From NCBI GenBank assembly GCA_963825405.1, contig CAWGTB010000012.1, positions 121,615-185,614 of the forward strand: a DNA stretch of 64,000 bases, given 5' to 3'. Under the pieces are notes generated by a model, which was not told the origin of the DNA, did no database searches, and saw only the letters and a program-made list of their open reading frames with translations. Source of the stretch: an uncultured Solibacteraceae bacterium (GTDB lineage Bacteria; Acidobacteriota; Terriglobia; Bryobacterales; Bryobacteraceae). The translations under genes were made by a program, and so were the position numbers. Shown in pieces: positions 21,509-30,012 of this stretch (positions within the stretch are counted from its first letter, which is position 1; each line of letters opens with the position of its first letter).

Positions 21509-22276
21509 TTAGCGGGGCGCGGCCACAAGCGTCTTTGATGCGCCGCGGGATTCCCGGCGGGCAAAAGTTCTGCGGAAACGCTCGACTTCCTCCTGACTCA
21601 AATAACGGAATTGGCCGGGCTTCAGCGGACCCAGTTCGAGCGGACCGATTTTGATTCGCTTCAACTTCTCCACCAGCCGGCCCAGGTGTTTGAACATCAT
21701 GCGGATTTGATTCTTGCGCCCCTCGACCAGCTTTACTTCATACCACGGGTTGGCGGCGCGATGGGTGAGCTTGAGGCCGGCGGGCGCGGTGCGGCGCCCC
21801 ATGATCGGCAGGCCGTCGCGAAATGCCTGCTCCTGCTCGGAGGTCAGATTCCCGTTGATTTTCACCAGGTACGTTTTCGGAATGTGGCTGGCAGTGGACG
21901 TGATGGCATTGGCGAATTCGCCGTCGCTGGTGAGCAGCAGCAAGCCCTCGCTGTGATAATCCAGGCGCCCCACGGGATAGACGCGCTCTTTGACGCCGCG
22001 CAGCAAATCCATCACGGTTTGGCGGCCCTGCGGATCGCTCACCGTGGTGACGCATTCGGTGGGCTTGTTGAGCGCCAGGTACACCATGCGTTTAGGATTG
22101 TGCAGCAGGCGGCCATCCACCTTGACGTGATCGCGATCCAGATCGGCTTTGCTGCCGAGCTCGGTGACCGCGGCCCCGTTAACAAAAACGCGCCCTTCCA
22201 GGATGAGCTGCTCGGCTTTGCGGCGCGAGGTCACTCCGGTGCGGGAAAGAATTTTCTGCAGTCGCTCTTCCGGCAT
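21509..22276 (-). CDS. rluB: 23S rRNA pseudouridine synthase, RsuA/RluB family (S4 domain plus PseudoU_synth_2)
   Basis: Contains RLQKILSRTGVTSRRKAEQLILEGRVFVNG and catalytic GRLDYHSEGLLLLTSDG. Confidence 0.85.
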   Translation of the reverse strand: MPEERLQKILSRTGVTSRRKAEQLILEGRVFVNGAAVTELGSKADLDRDHVKVDGRLLHNPKRMVYLALNKPTECVTTVSDPQGRQTVMDLLRGVKERVYPVGRLDYHSEGLLLLTSDGEFANAITSTASHIPKTYLVKINGNLTSEQEQAFRDGLPIMGRRTAPAGLKLTHRAANPWYEVKLVEGRKNQIRMMFKHLGRLVEKLKRIKIGPLELGPLKPGQFRYLSQEEVERFRRTFARRESRGASKTLVAAPR

Positions 22277-22277
22277 C

Positions 22278-22961
22278 TTAGCTCGCGCTGGGCTCGGCGT
22301 CGTCGGGCGGAACTTCTACGGGCGCGGCGGCAGGTTCGTCGGCAATGGCCAGGCGCCGCAGCTCTTCGAATTCCTTGAGCGAAGGCAGCTCGCTCAGGTC
22401 GTTCAAGCCGAATTGCATCAGGAATTCTTTGGTGGTTTTGTAGAGAATCGGTTTGCCGATGACGTTCTTGCGTCCGGCGGAGGCAATCAGTTTTCGATCG
22501 AGCAGCGTTTTGAGCACGCCGGCGCCTTGCACGCCGCGAATCTCCAGCACTTCAGGCGAAGTCACTGGCTGCTTGTAAGCGATGACCGCCAGCGTTTCCA
22601 GAGCAGCTAGCGAGAGTTTTAACGGCGGCTGCAAGCTTTTGACGAATGCCCGGACGCCTTCGTGATGCTCCGCCTTGGTGGCCATTTTGTAGCCGCCCGC
22701 GACCGCGCGGATGGCGATGCCGTGCTCGGGTTTTTCGTATTCCGCGGCTAAACGCTCGAGCAGCCTCTCGACGCGTTCGGCGGGTTCGCCCAGTCCGCGC
22801 GCGATTTCCTCCACGGTGAGCGGTTCCTCGGTGATATAAACCACCGCCTCCAGCATGGCTTGCAGGCGAGCGTCATCGGACGCCATGCCTTCCGGGGCGG
22901 GCTCTGCAGGCAATAGCTCTTCCGGAGTCATCGAATCTTCACGGGCGACAGCAGGTTCCAC
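22278..22961 (-). CDS. scpB: segregation and condensation protein B
   Basis: Contains LEAVVYITEEPLTVEEIARGL and LETLAVIAYKQPVTSPEVLEIRGV. Adjacent to scpA with a 1-nt overlap. Confidence 0.85.
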   Translation of the reverse strand: MEPAVAREDSMTPEELLPAEPAPEGMASDDARLQAMLEAVVYITEEPLTVEEIARGLGEPAERVERLLERLAAEYEKPEHGIAIRAVAGGYKMATKAEHHEGVRAFVKSLQPPLKLSLAALETLAVIAYKQPVTSPEVLEIRGVQGAGVLKTLLDRKLIASAGRKNVIGKPILYKTTKEFLMQFGLNDLSELPSLKEFEELRRLAIADEPAAAPVEVPPDDAEPSAS

Positions 22962-23740
22962 TAGTTATAGTCCTTTTCGACGGAGGTCACGGGCTCGTCG
23001 GAGGCCAGGGCTTCATCGAAACGCTCGTGCCGCTGCAAGGCGATTTCCCCGAACATATCTTTCTGGCGCACCGCTACGGCCTGTACTTTTACCAATTCCA
23101 GTACCGCTAGAAACATGGCGATCATGGCGCGGCGGCTGCGCAGATTTTCAAACAACTTCAGAATGAATACCGGCCCGTCGCCGGCTTCGATGATCGCCTG
23201 CCGCAGCCGGCCGATCATCTCCGCCACCGTCACATCCTCGGCAGGCACTTCATACGTAGGCCGATTTTGCGCCCGCTCCAGAATCTCGCCGAACGCCTTC
23301 ACCAGATCGAACAGCGTCACCGCCAGGCCCGGGTCTTCATCGGCGCCGAAATCACTCATCTGGGGGCGGGTCCAGACGTTCTCTTCGATCATTCGTTTCT
23401 GCTGCAGCATTTCGGCCGCGTTCTTGTACTTTTCGTGCTCGAGCAGGCGATCAACTAGCTCCTGGCGGGGATCGTCACCCGCGTCATCGGTTCCCAGGGC
23501 CGGGTCGCGCGGCAGCAGCATGCGTGACTTGATATAGATCAGCGTCGCCGCCATGTAGACGAACTCAGCGCCCAGGTCGATATCCATCTCCCGCGCCTTT
23601 TCCATGTAGGCGAGGTACTGCGACGTGATCGTGGCGATGGGAATATCGCGGATATCTATTTGCTGCTTGCGGATCAGGTCTAGCAACAGATCCAGCGGGC
23701 CTTCGTACTGGGCAAGCTGAAAGCTAAGGGGAGACGACAC
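22961..23740 (-). CDS. scpA: segregation and condensation protein A
   Basis: Contains YEGPLDLLLDLIRKQQIDIRDIPIATITSQYL. Confidence 0.85.
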   Translation of the reverse strand: MSSPLSFQLAQYEGPLDLLLDLIRKQQIDIRDIPIATITSQYLAYMEKAREMDIDLGAEFVYMAATLIYIKSRMLLPRDPALGTDDAGDDPRQELVDRLLEHEKYKNAAEMLQQKRMIEENVWTRPQMSDFGADEDPGLAVTLFDLVKAFGEILERAQNRPTYEVPAEDVTVAEMIGRLRQAIIEAGDGPVFILKLFENLRSRRAMIAMFLAVLELVKVQAVAVRQKDMFGEIALQRHERFDEALASDEPVTSVEKDYN

Positions 23741-23784
23741 CGCTTTTCACGATAGCATGGAACCTGATCTTCATCGACGTCTCC

Positions 23785-23811
23785 TTGACAATCGTGTTAA
23801 ATACGTATAAC
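23785..23811 (+). promoter_or_regulatory. candidate sigma70-like promoter for the efflux operon (TTGACA, 15-nt spacer, TATAAC) with the 8-bp palindrome ATACGTAT over the -10
   Basis: Lies in the unusually AT-rich 203-bp scpA/MFP intergenic region. The spacer is shorter than optimal. Confidence 0.25.
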
Positions 23812-23943
23812 GTGTTTAGATTCAGATGATTACTGTCGGCGAGGACTTTCTTTCAAAAGCGACCTAACGGGAAGCGGTTCTTTCTCGTCTTCAATCTGAT
23901 AGAAGAAGTGTAAAATCATAGCTCCATTAGCGGGACTGTTATA

Positions 23944-25743
23944 GTGAGCGCGCCACATCACAGGAGATCGATCTGGATTCCGGTACTACTGACCCTGGTG
24001 GCAGTGGCAGCGGTCGGCTCCTATTTCAACCGCCAGGCCAGTTCCGGGGATAAGGCCAAGCGGGAAGGCCCGGCGCTGCGCACGACAACGATAGCCCGCG
24101 GGGACGTTGACCTTACCGTGCGAATCAGTGGCGTGGTAGCGGCCGAGAGATTCGCCGCCATCATGGCACCGCGGCTGCGAGGCGTCCGGGTCGGCTCGGG
24201 CGGTGTGCTGGCCAGCCAGGATATCGTGGGCAACGCCCCGATCACCATCACTGCGCCTTACCTGCCTCCATCCAAGGGCGGCACCGCGGGCACGGCTTCG
24301 ACCTCCACCGCTGCTAATTCAGCCACTGCCAATGACCCCAGCACCTCTTCGGCCACCACTAGTGCGGCTACGGCTGCCAGCACACCGGACGCATCCGGGA
24401 GCAGCAACGCCAGCGGGTCTACGGGGGCCTCGGGGTCTTCGTCTTCCTCATCTTCATCGGCATCCGGTTCGACCAGCGGACCGCAATCCAGCTTGGGAGC
24501 GATTCGCGGCAGTACCAACCGGTTCGGTGATCGGCAACAGACCGGCAAATCCAGCTCCTCAACGGCAGCCCAGGGGGCCAATTCCATGGGCGCGAGCGGC
24601 CTGGGGTCGACATCGATCGATCTCAACAGCAGTTCCCAACGCGCCGGCGGCAGCGGGGGTGGAGGGGGAGGCGGCGGAGGCGGAGGCGGAGGTGGAGGCG
24701 GCAGCGATTTCACGCTAGTGCTGACGCAAGTCGCTAACCCGGGCTCGCACGTGAAAAAAGGCGATATCGTGGCCGAGTTCGATCGCCAGTATCAGATCAA
24801 CCGCATTGATGACTTCAAAGCGACGGTTGTGCAGTTGGACGCCAACATCAAAAAGATGCAGGCGGATATGGCGGTGCTCAAACATGCCCATACGCAACTG
24901 GTGGAATCGGCCAAAGCCGATCTGGATAAAGCCAAGCTTGATTTGAAAACCGCCGAAGTCCGCTCCGCCATCGAAGGGGAAGTGCTCAAGCTCGCTGTCG
25001 AGGAAAACGAAGCCCACTATCAGCAATTGCTGAAAGAAATCAAGCTAGTGGACGAAACCCAGCGCGCCCAGTTGCGGGCCACGCAAGTGGATCGGGATCA
25101 AGGCAAGCTCGAGCTGGATCGGGCTCAGCTCAACGTCGAGCGCATGGTGTTGCGTTCTCCCATCGACGGCGTGGTGGTGATGCAGAGCATCTGGCGAGGC
25201 GGTGATTTCGGACAGGTGCAGCAAGGCGATCAGGTGTGGCCTGGCATGACTTTCATGCTGGTGGTCGATCCCAGTTCCATGGTCATTAACGCCAGCATGA
25301 ACCAGGTGGATGCCGAATCCGTGCATCTCGGTCAGAAAGCCATCGCGCGTCTGGACGGTTATCCGGGCTTGGAGCTCAAGGCGCACATCGCCGGCATTGG
25401 CGCCATGACCAAGCCTGGCGTGTGGCGTCCAACTTACATGCGCGAAATCCCGGTCCGCTTCAAGCTGGACCAGATGGATGCGAAAGTGATTCCGGATCTT
25501 TCGGCGAGCGCGGATGTGATGATTGAATCCGCGAAGCAGGCTGCGGTGGTTCCGCTGGGAGCGGTATTCCGGGACGGCGCCGGCTCGAAGCCGTTTGTAT
25601 TTTTGCGCGGGCCCTCCGGATGGCAGCACCGCGAGGTAGAGCTGGGTTTGAGGAATAATCTGGTGGCGGCGGTGCGCTCTGGCCTGGCGGCAGGCGACGT
25701 CGTCTCCCTTGACCCGCCCGGCGGGGAAAAACGTCAACCCTAG
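23944..25743 (+). CDS. HlyD-family membrane-fusion (periplasmic adaptor) protein 1 with ~145-aa Ser/Thr/Ala/Gly low-complexity insert
   Basis: GTG start and a TM anchor. Has a lipoyl-like half, coiled-coil hairpin (DANIKKMQADMAVLK...), SPIDGVV and a beta-barrel. The insert spans 24271..24705. Confidence 0.8.
   Translation: MSAPHHRRSIWIPVLLTLVAVAAVGSYFNRQASSGDKAKREGPALRTTTIARGDVDLTVRISGVVAAERFAAIMAPRLRGVRVGSGGVLASQDIVGNAPITITAPYLPPSKGGTAGTASTSTAANSATANDPSTSSATTSAATAASTPDASGSSNASGSTGASGSSSSSSSSASGSTSGPQSSLGAIRGSTNRFGDRQQTGKSSSSTAAQGANSMGASGLGSTSIDLNSSSQRAGGSGGGGGGGGGGGGGGGGSDFTLVLTQVANPGSHVKKGDIVAEFDRQYQINRIDDFKATVVQLDANIKKMQADMAVLKHAHTQLVESAKADLDKAKLDLKTAEVRSAIEGEVLKLAVEENEAHYQQLLKEIKLVDETQRAQLRATQVDRDQGKLELDRAQLNVERMVLRSPIDGVVVMQSIWRGGDFGQVQQGDQVWPGMTFMLVVDPSSMVINASMNQVDAESVHLGQKAIARLDGYPGLELKAHIAGIGAMTKPGVWRPTYMREIPVRFKLDQMDAKVIPDLSASADVMIESAKQAAVVPLGAVFRDGAGSKPFVFLRGPSGWQHREVELGLRNNLVAAVRSGLAAGDVVSLDPPGGEKRQP
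24646..24705 (+). repeat. (GGN)n simple-sequence tract encoding GGS followed by 16 consecutive Gly, then S
   Basis: Read directly: ggc ggc agc ggg ggt gga ggg gga ggc ggc gga ggc gga ggc gga ggt gga ggc ggc agc. Confidence 0.9.
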
Positions 25744-25773
25744 GTATTCGCAGCGACCCATATTGATCAGCCC

Positions 25774-27087
25774 ATGTCATCCAAAGATCTAAAACCTAAA
25801 CAAAAGCTCGGCCAGTCGAAGAACACCGCTAAAAAGCGCGCCGCCATCACGATAGTAGTGGTCGCGCTGTGCGCCGGCGGCGGCTATGCCGGCTATCGCT
25901 ATTCGGGGCTAGGCACCACCGAGGTGGACGTGGCGGTGGCGCGCGTGCGCCGCGGCGATTTCATCATCAGCGTCAAGAATCGCGGCGAGATTCGCAGCAC
26001 CCGTTCCATCACGCTCACCGCTCCCCAGGTACCCGATCCGCGCATCGTGAAACTCGCCGAATCGGGAAAGCCGGTCAAGAAGGGCGACATCGTCGTCGAA
26101 TTCGATCCCGTGCAGCAGGAACAGAATTACATCGAGAAAAGTACCAGCGTCCGCACCGCCGATGGCGAGATTGTTCAGACTCAAGCCACTCATAAAATCG
26201 AAAATGAGATGGACAACATGAATCTGATGTCGGCCGAATACAATGTGGAGCGCGCCAAGCTCGAGGCCAGCAAGGCCGAGATTCTCTCCGAGATCGAAGG
26301 CGCAAAAGATCGCATCGATGTCGGCGTTTCCGAGGGCGAATTGAAGCAGGTCCATACCGCCATCAATTCGCGCGGCATGTCGCATGGAGCCGATATGGAG
26401 CGCCTGGGCGAGAAGAAAGACAAGACCGTTCGCGATGTGGATCTGGCTAAAGGCTATCTCTCCAAAATGGTGATTCGCGCGCCTATCGATGGCGTGGTGA
26501 ATATCCTGCCGAATTTCCGCGCCGGCGGATCGTTCGGGCAGTCGCCGCCTGCGTTCAAAGAAGGCGACAAAGCATGGACCGGCGCGGCCATCGCCGAAAT
26601 TCCCGACCTCAACGAGATGCGTCTCGAGCTGAAGCTTGAGGAAGTTGACCGCGGCAAGTTGCAGTTGAATCAGACTGTGAAGTTGCGCGTGGACGCCATC
26701 CCCGAGAAGGAATTCACAGCGACGTTGGATTGGATCAGCCCCATCGCGGCCCTGGTTTTTCGCACGTGGCCGCCGGAAAAACTTTTTCCTGCGCGCGCCA
26801 CTCTGAAAAACCTGGACGACCGTTTACGGCCCGGTATGAGCGCCACCGCGCAGATCATCGTCGAAAGCCAGCCCAATGTCCTGCTGATTCCGGCGCGAGC
26901 CAGCTTCCAGGAGAATGGCAAACCCACGGTCTACGTGCAGAAGGGGCAGCAATTCCTCACGCGCACCATCGAGGTCGGCAGGCGTAATGACGACGACCTG
27001 GTAGTGCTGAGCGGTCTCAAAGAAGGCGAGCTGGTGACGCTGGAAAATCCTGCCGAAGCGGCCAAACGGGCCCGGAAGAAGTTGTAG
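25774..27087 (+). CDS. HlyD-family membrane-fusion protein 2
   Basis: 437 aa with a TM anchor, GEIRSTRSITLTAP, coiled coil, APIDGVV and a beta-barrel. Paralogous to the flanking MFPs. Confidence 0.8.
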   Translation: MSSKDLKPKQKLGQSKNTAKKRAAITIVVVALCAGGGYAGYRYSGLGTTEVDVAVARVRRGDFIISVKNRGEIRSTRSITLTAPQVPDPRIVKLAESGKPVKKGDIVVEFDPVQQEQNYIEKSTSVRTADGEIVQTQATHKIENEMDNMNLMSAEYNVERAKLEASKAEILSEIEGAKDRIDVGVSEGELKQVHTAINSRGMSHGADMERLGEKKDKTVRDVDLAKGYLSKMVIRAPIDGVVNILPNFRAGGSFGQSPPAFKEGDKAWTGAAIAEIPDLNEMRLELKLEEVDRGKLQLNQTVKLRVDAIPEKEFTATLDWISPIAALVFRTWPPEKLFPARATLKNLDDRLRPGMSATAQIIVESQPNVLLIPARASFQENGKPTVYVQKGQQFLTRTIEVGRRNDDDLVVLSGLKEGELVTLENPAEAAKRARKKL

Positions 27088-27103
27088 TCCGGGAACTTCC
27101 TGC

Positions 27104-28744
27104 ATGAAGAAAATCATCATTCGGCTGATAGTGTTACTGGTGATTCTGGGCGCGGCCTGGGGAGCCTACGCGCTGCTGAAGCAACTTCCGCAACGGCAAC
27201 AGCAAGTGGCGACGACTAAAGTCCGGCGCGGCGACGTGGTGATTCGCGCCTACGCCCGCGGCGAGTTGCGCGCGGTACGCTCGGCCACACTGACGGCGCC
27301 TAATCTGTTTGGCACCGTGCAGGTGACGCGTCTCGCGCCGCTCGGCGCCATGGCCCACGCCAAGGATCTGATCGTCGAATTCGACGACTCCGAGCGCCGC
27401 TCGTCGCTCGAAGAAACGCAGCTCGAAGTCGAGCAGATCGACGAGCAGATCAAGAAAGCGCAAGCCGATCTAGCGATCCGCGATAACCAGGACAAAGTGG
27501 ACCTGCTGAAGGCGCAATACGCCGTGCGCCGCGCCGAGCTCGAGGTGAAGCGCAACGAGCTGCTCTCTGAAATCGACGCCAAGAAAAACATCCTGAACCT
27601 GGAGGAAGCCCGCCGCAAGCTCAAGCAGCTGGAAAGCGATATCAAATCGCGGCAGGAGCAGGCGCTGGCCGAAATCGCCGTCCTGCGCGAAACGCGCAAC
27701 AAGAGCATGATCGATGTCACCCGCGAGCAGCAGCGCATCGCCCAGACCAAAATGCTTTCGCCCATCACCGGCTTGGTGGCCATCAAGCAGAACCGCAGCC
27801 AGGGGTTCTTCTTTCCCGGCATGCAGATTCCCGACATTCGCGAAGGTGACACGCTGCAGCCCGGCATTCCCGTGGCCGATGTGCTCGATCTGTCGGAGCT
27901 TGAAGTGGTCGCGCGCGTCGGCGAACTGGACCGCGCCAATTTGCATGAGGGGCAGGATGTCTCCATTCAGCTTGACGCCGTAGCCAACAAGCAGTTTCAC
28001 GGCAAGATCAAGAGCATGAGCGCGACTGCCAGCGCCAATATTTTTTCCGGCGATCCGGCCAAGAAATTTGACGTCGTGTTTTCCATCGACATGCGGCAGT
28101 TGCTCACGGCGCTGGGTGCGAAGCCCGAAGACGTCCGGCGCATTATCGAGACTGCTGAGCGAAATGCCAAAAAAACTCCGCCCCCGCCGCCCGCGGGCAA
28201 TGCAGCCGGAGCAAGCGGGCAGATGGCAAAAGCGGCCGCGCCTGCTCCTCCGGCAGCGGCAGCAAAACCCGCAGCGGCGCCAGCAGCCTCGGGAACCACC
28301 GCCGCTCCCGCCCCAGCCGGCATGGATTTTATGCGCATGGCCAGCGAACCTTCCGGAATGGGAACCGAGGAAGAGCGTGCTAATGCCAAGCTGCCTCCGC
28401 CGCCTGAAGAAGACTCGCAACTGGACGTACTGATTCGCCCCGGATTGCTGGCCGATGTCGAAATCACGGTAGAAAGAATTCCCGACGCGATCCACATCCC
28501 GGCCCAGGCAGTAATCGACAAAGACGGCAAGCAAATTGTCTATGTGCAAACGGGCGGACGGTTTCAGGAGCGGCCGATCAAGCTCGCGCGGCGCAGTGAA
28601 TCCACCATGGTGATCTCTGACGGCCTCAAGGCCGGCGAAGTGATCGCGCTGGCTGATCCGTACGCCACCAAGAACAGCAAGAAATCCGATTCAAAGGGCG
28701 CGAAAAGCACGCCTGGAATGCCGGGCGGCGGGGGAGGGAAGTAG
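27104..28744 (+). CDS. HlyD-family membrane-fusion protein 3 with ~85-aa Pro/Ala-rich insert
   Basis: 546 aa with a TM anchor, GELRAVRSATLTAP, coiled coil and SPITGLV. The insert (28169..28420) reads KKTPPPPPAGNAAG...AAPAPAG...LPPPPEEDSQ. Confidence 0.8.
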   Translation: MKKIIIRLIVLLVILGAAWGAYALLKQLPQRQQQVATTKVRRGDVVIRAYARGELRAVRSATLTAPNLFGTVQVTRLAPLGAMAHAKDLIVEFDDSERRSSLEETQLEVEQIDEQIKKAQADLAIRDNQDKVDLLKAQYAVRRAELEVKRNELLSEIDAKKNILNLEEARRKLKQLESDIKSRQEQALAEIAVLRETRNKSMIDVTREQQRIAQTKMLSPITGLVAIKQNRSQGFFFPGMQIPDIREGDTLQPGIPVADVLDLSELEVVARVGELDRANLHEGQDVSIQLDAVANKQFHGKIKSMSATASANIFSGDPAKKFDVVFSIDMRQLLTALGAKPEDVRRIIETAERNAKKTPPPPPAGNAAGASGQMAKAAAPAPPAAAAKPAAAPAASGTTAAPAPAGMDFMRMASEPSGMGTEEERANAKLPPPPEEDSQLDVLIRPGLLADVEITVERIPDAIHIPAQAVIDKDGKQIVYVQTGGRFQERPIKLARRSESTMVISDGLKAGEVIALADPYATKNSKKSDSKGAKSTPGMPGGGGGK

Positions 28745-28745
28745 C

Positions 28746-30002
28746 ATGGCGATGCTTTCCGGAATCATCCCCGAGCTGGCGATGGGGCTTTCGAGCCTGC
28801 TCGCGCACAAGCTGCGCAGCCTGCTCACGATGTTGGGCATGATCTTCGGCGTGGGCGCGGTGGTGGCGATGCTCTCGATCACCGCCGGCGCGCAGAAGGA
28901 GATGATGAGCTTCATCGATCAACTGGGCGTGAACAACATCATCATCGAGGCCCGCGAAGCAGTCGACCGCAACGAACTGCAGCAAACCCGCGCCGTCTCT
29001 CCCGGTTTGACGTTCCGCGATTTCCGCGCGATTTCGGAAAATGTGCAGGGCGTCGAAGCCATGACCCCGCGCAAGCGCTTCAAGCCGCAGCGCGTGCTGC
29101 CGAAGACCGCGCAGGAGCCGCCGCAGCTCATCGGCGTGCTGCCCAATTTCATCGAGATCAACAGTCTCAAGCTGGTGGCGGGGCGCTTTTTTTCGCAGGA
29201 GGAAAATGAGCGATCGGCGGCGGTGTGCGTGCTCGGTGAATCGGCCAAGATCAATCTGCTCGGGTTTGACGACGCCATTGGCAAGTTCGTCAAGGTCAAC
29301 GACGTCTGGCTGCAGGTCATCGGCGTACTGACGCCGCAGGCTTCGGCCGATTCCGACGTGGAAGGTGTGCAGGCGCTCAACCGCAACAACCTGGTGATCT
29401 CGCCGCTCAACACCGTGATGCGCCGCTTCGAGGACAACAACAGCTATCTGAAAGACGAGATCGACGGCATTTACATCAAGGTTTTGTCCGGCACGGATTC
29501 GGTCGAGACGTCGAACGTGGTGCGCGCCATTCTCACCGCTACCCACAAAGATGCCGGCGATTTCACCGTCGTCGTCCCGGCAGGGCTCCTGGAAGAGCGG
29601 CGGCGCACGCAGTTTATTTTCAGTGTGGTTATGATTTGCATCGCTGGAATTTCCCTGTTGGTGGGCGGCATCGGCATTATGAACATCATGCTGGCTACCG
29701 TGCTCGAACGCACGCGCGAGATCGGCATCCGCCGGGCCATTGGCGCGCGTCAAGGCGATATCATCCGCCAGTTCCTCACCGAAGCAGTTCTTATTTCGAT
29801 TGTCGGCGGCCTCATCGGCATCGCCTTCGGATTCACTTTATCGCGCCTGATCGCGACCGCTGCCGGGTGGTCGACGGTGGTCACCGGCTCTTCGATCGCC
29901 GTCGCTTTTGGCGTTTCGGTCGGGATCGGATTGCTGTTCGGCATCTACCCCGCCATGCAGGCGGCACGGCTCGATCCTATCGAAGCCATTCGCTACGAGT
30001 AA
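28746..30002 (+). CDS. MacB/FtsX-type ABC transporter permease (no nucleotide-binding domain)
   Basis: 418 aa with LAHKLRSLLTMLGMIFG, LERTREIGIRRAIGARQGDI and YPAMQAARLDPIEAIRYE. Confidence 0.9.
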   Translation: MAMLSGIIPELAMGLSSLLAHKLRSLLTMLGMIFGVGAVVAMLSITAGAQKEMMSFIDQLGVNNIIIEAREAVDRNELQQTRAVSPGLTFRDFRAISENVQGVEAMTPRKRFKPQRVLPKTAQEPPQLIGVLPNFIEINSLKLVAGRFFSQEENERSAAVCVLGESAKINLLGFDDAIGKFVKVNDVWLQVIGVLTPQASADSDVEGVQALNRNNLVISPLNTVMRRFEDNNSYLKDEIDGIYIKVLSGTDSVETSNVVRAILTATHKDAGDFTVVVPAGLLEERRRTQFIFSVVMICIAGISLLVGGIGIMNIMLATVLERTREIGIRRAIGARQGDIIRQFLTEAVLISIVGGLIGIAFGFTLSRLIATAAGWSTVVTGSSIAVAFGVSVGIGLLFGIYPAMQAARLDPIEAIRYE

Positions 30003-30012
30003 CTCAAAAACT

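Noticed and set aside
24258-24713. Minus-strand ORF encoding a ~20-residue poly-proline run.
   Set aside because: It is the reverse complement of the (GGN)n and Ser/Thr-rich tract of adaptor protein 1. It has no independent start or SD context.
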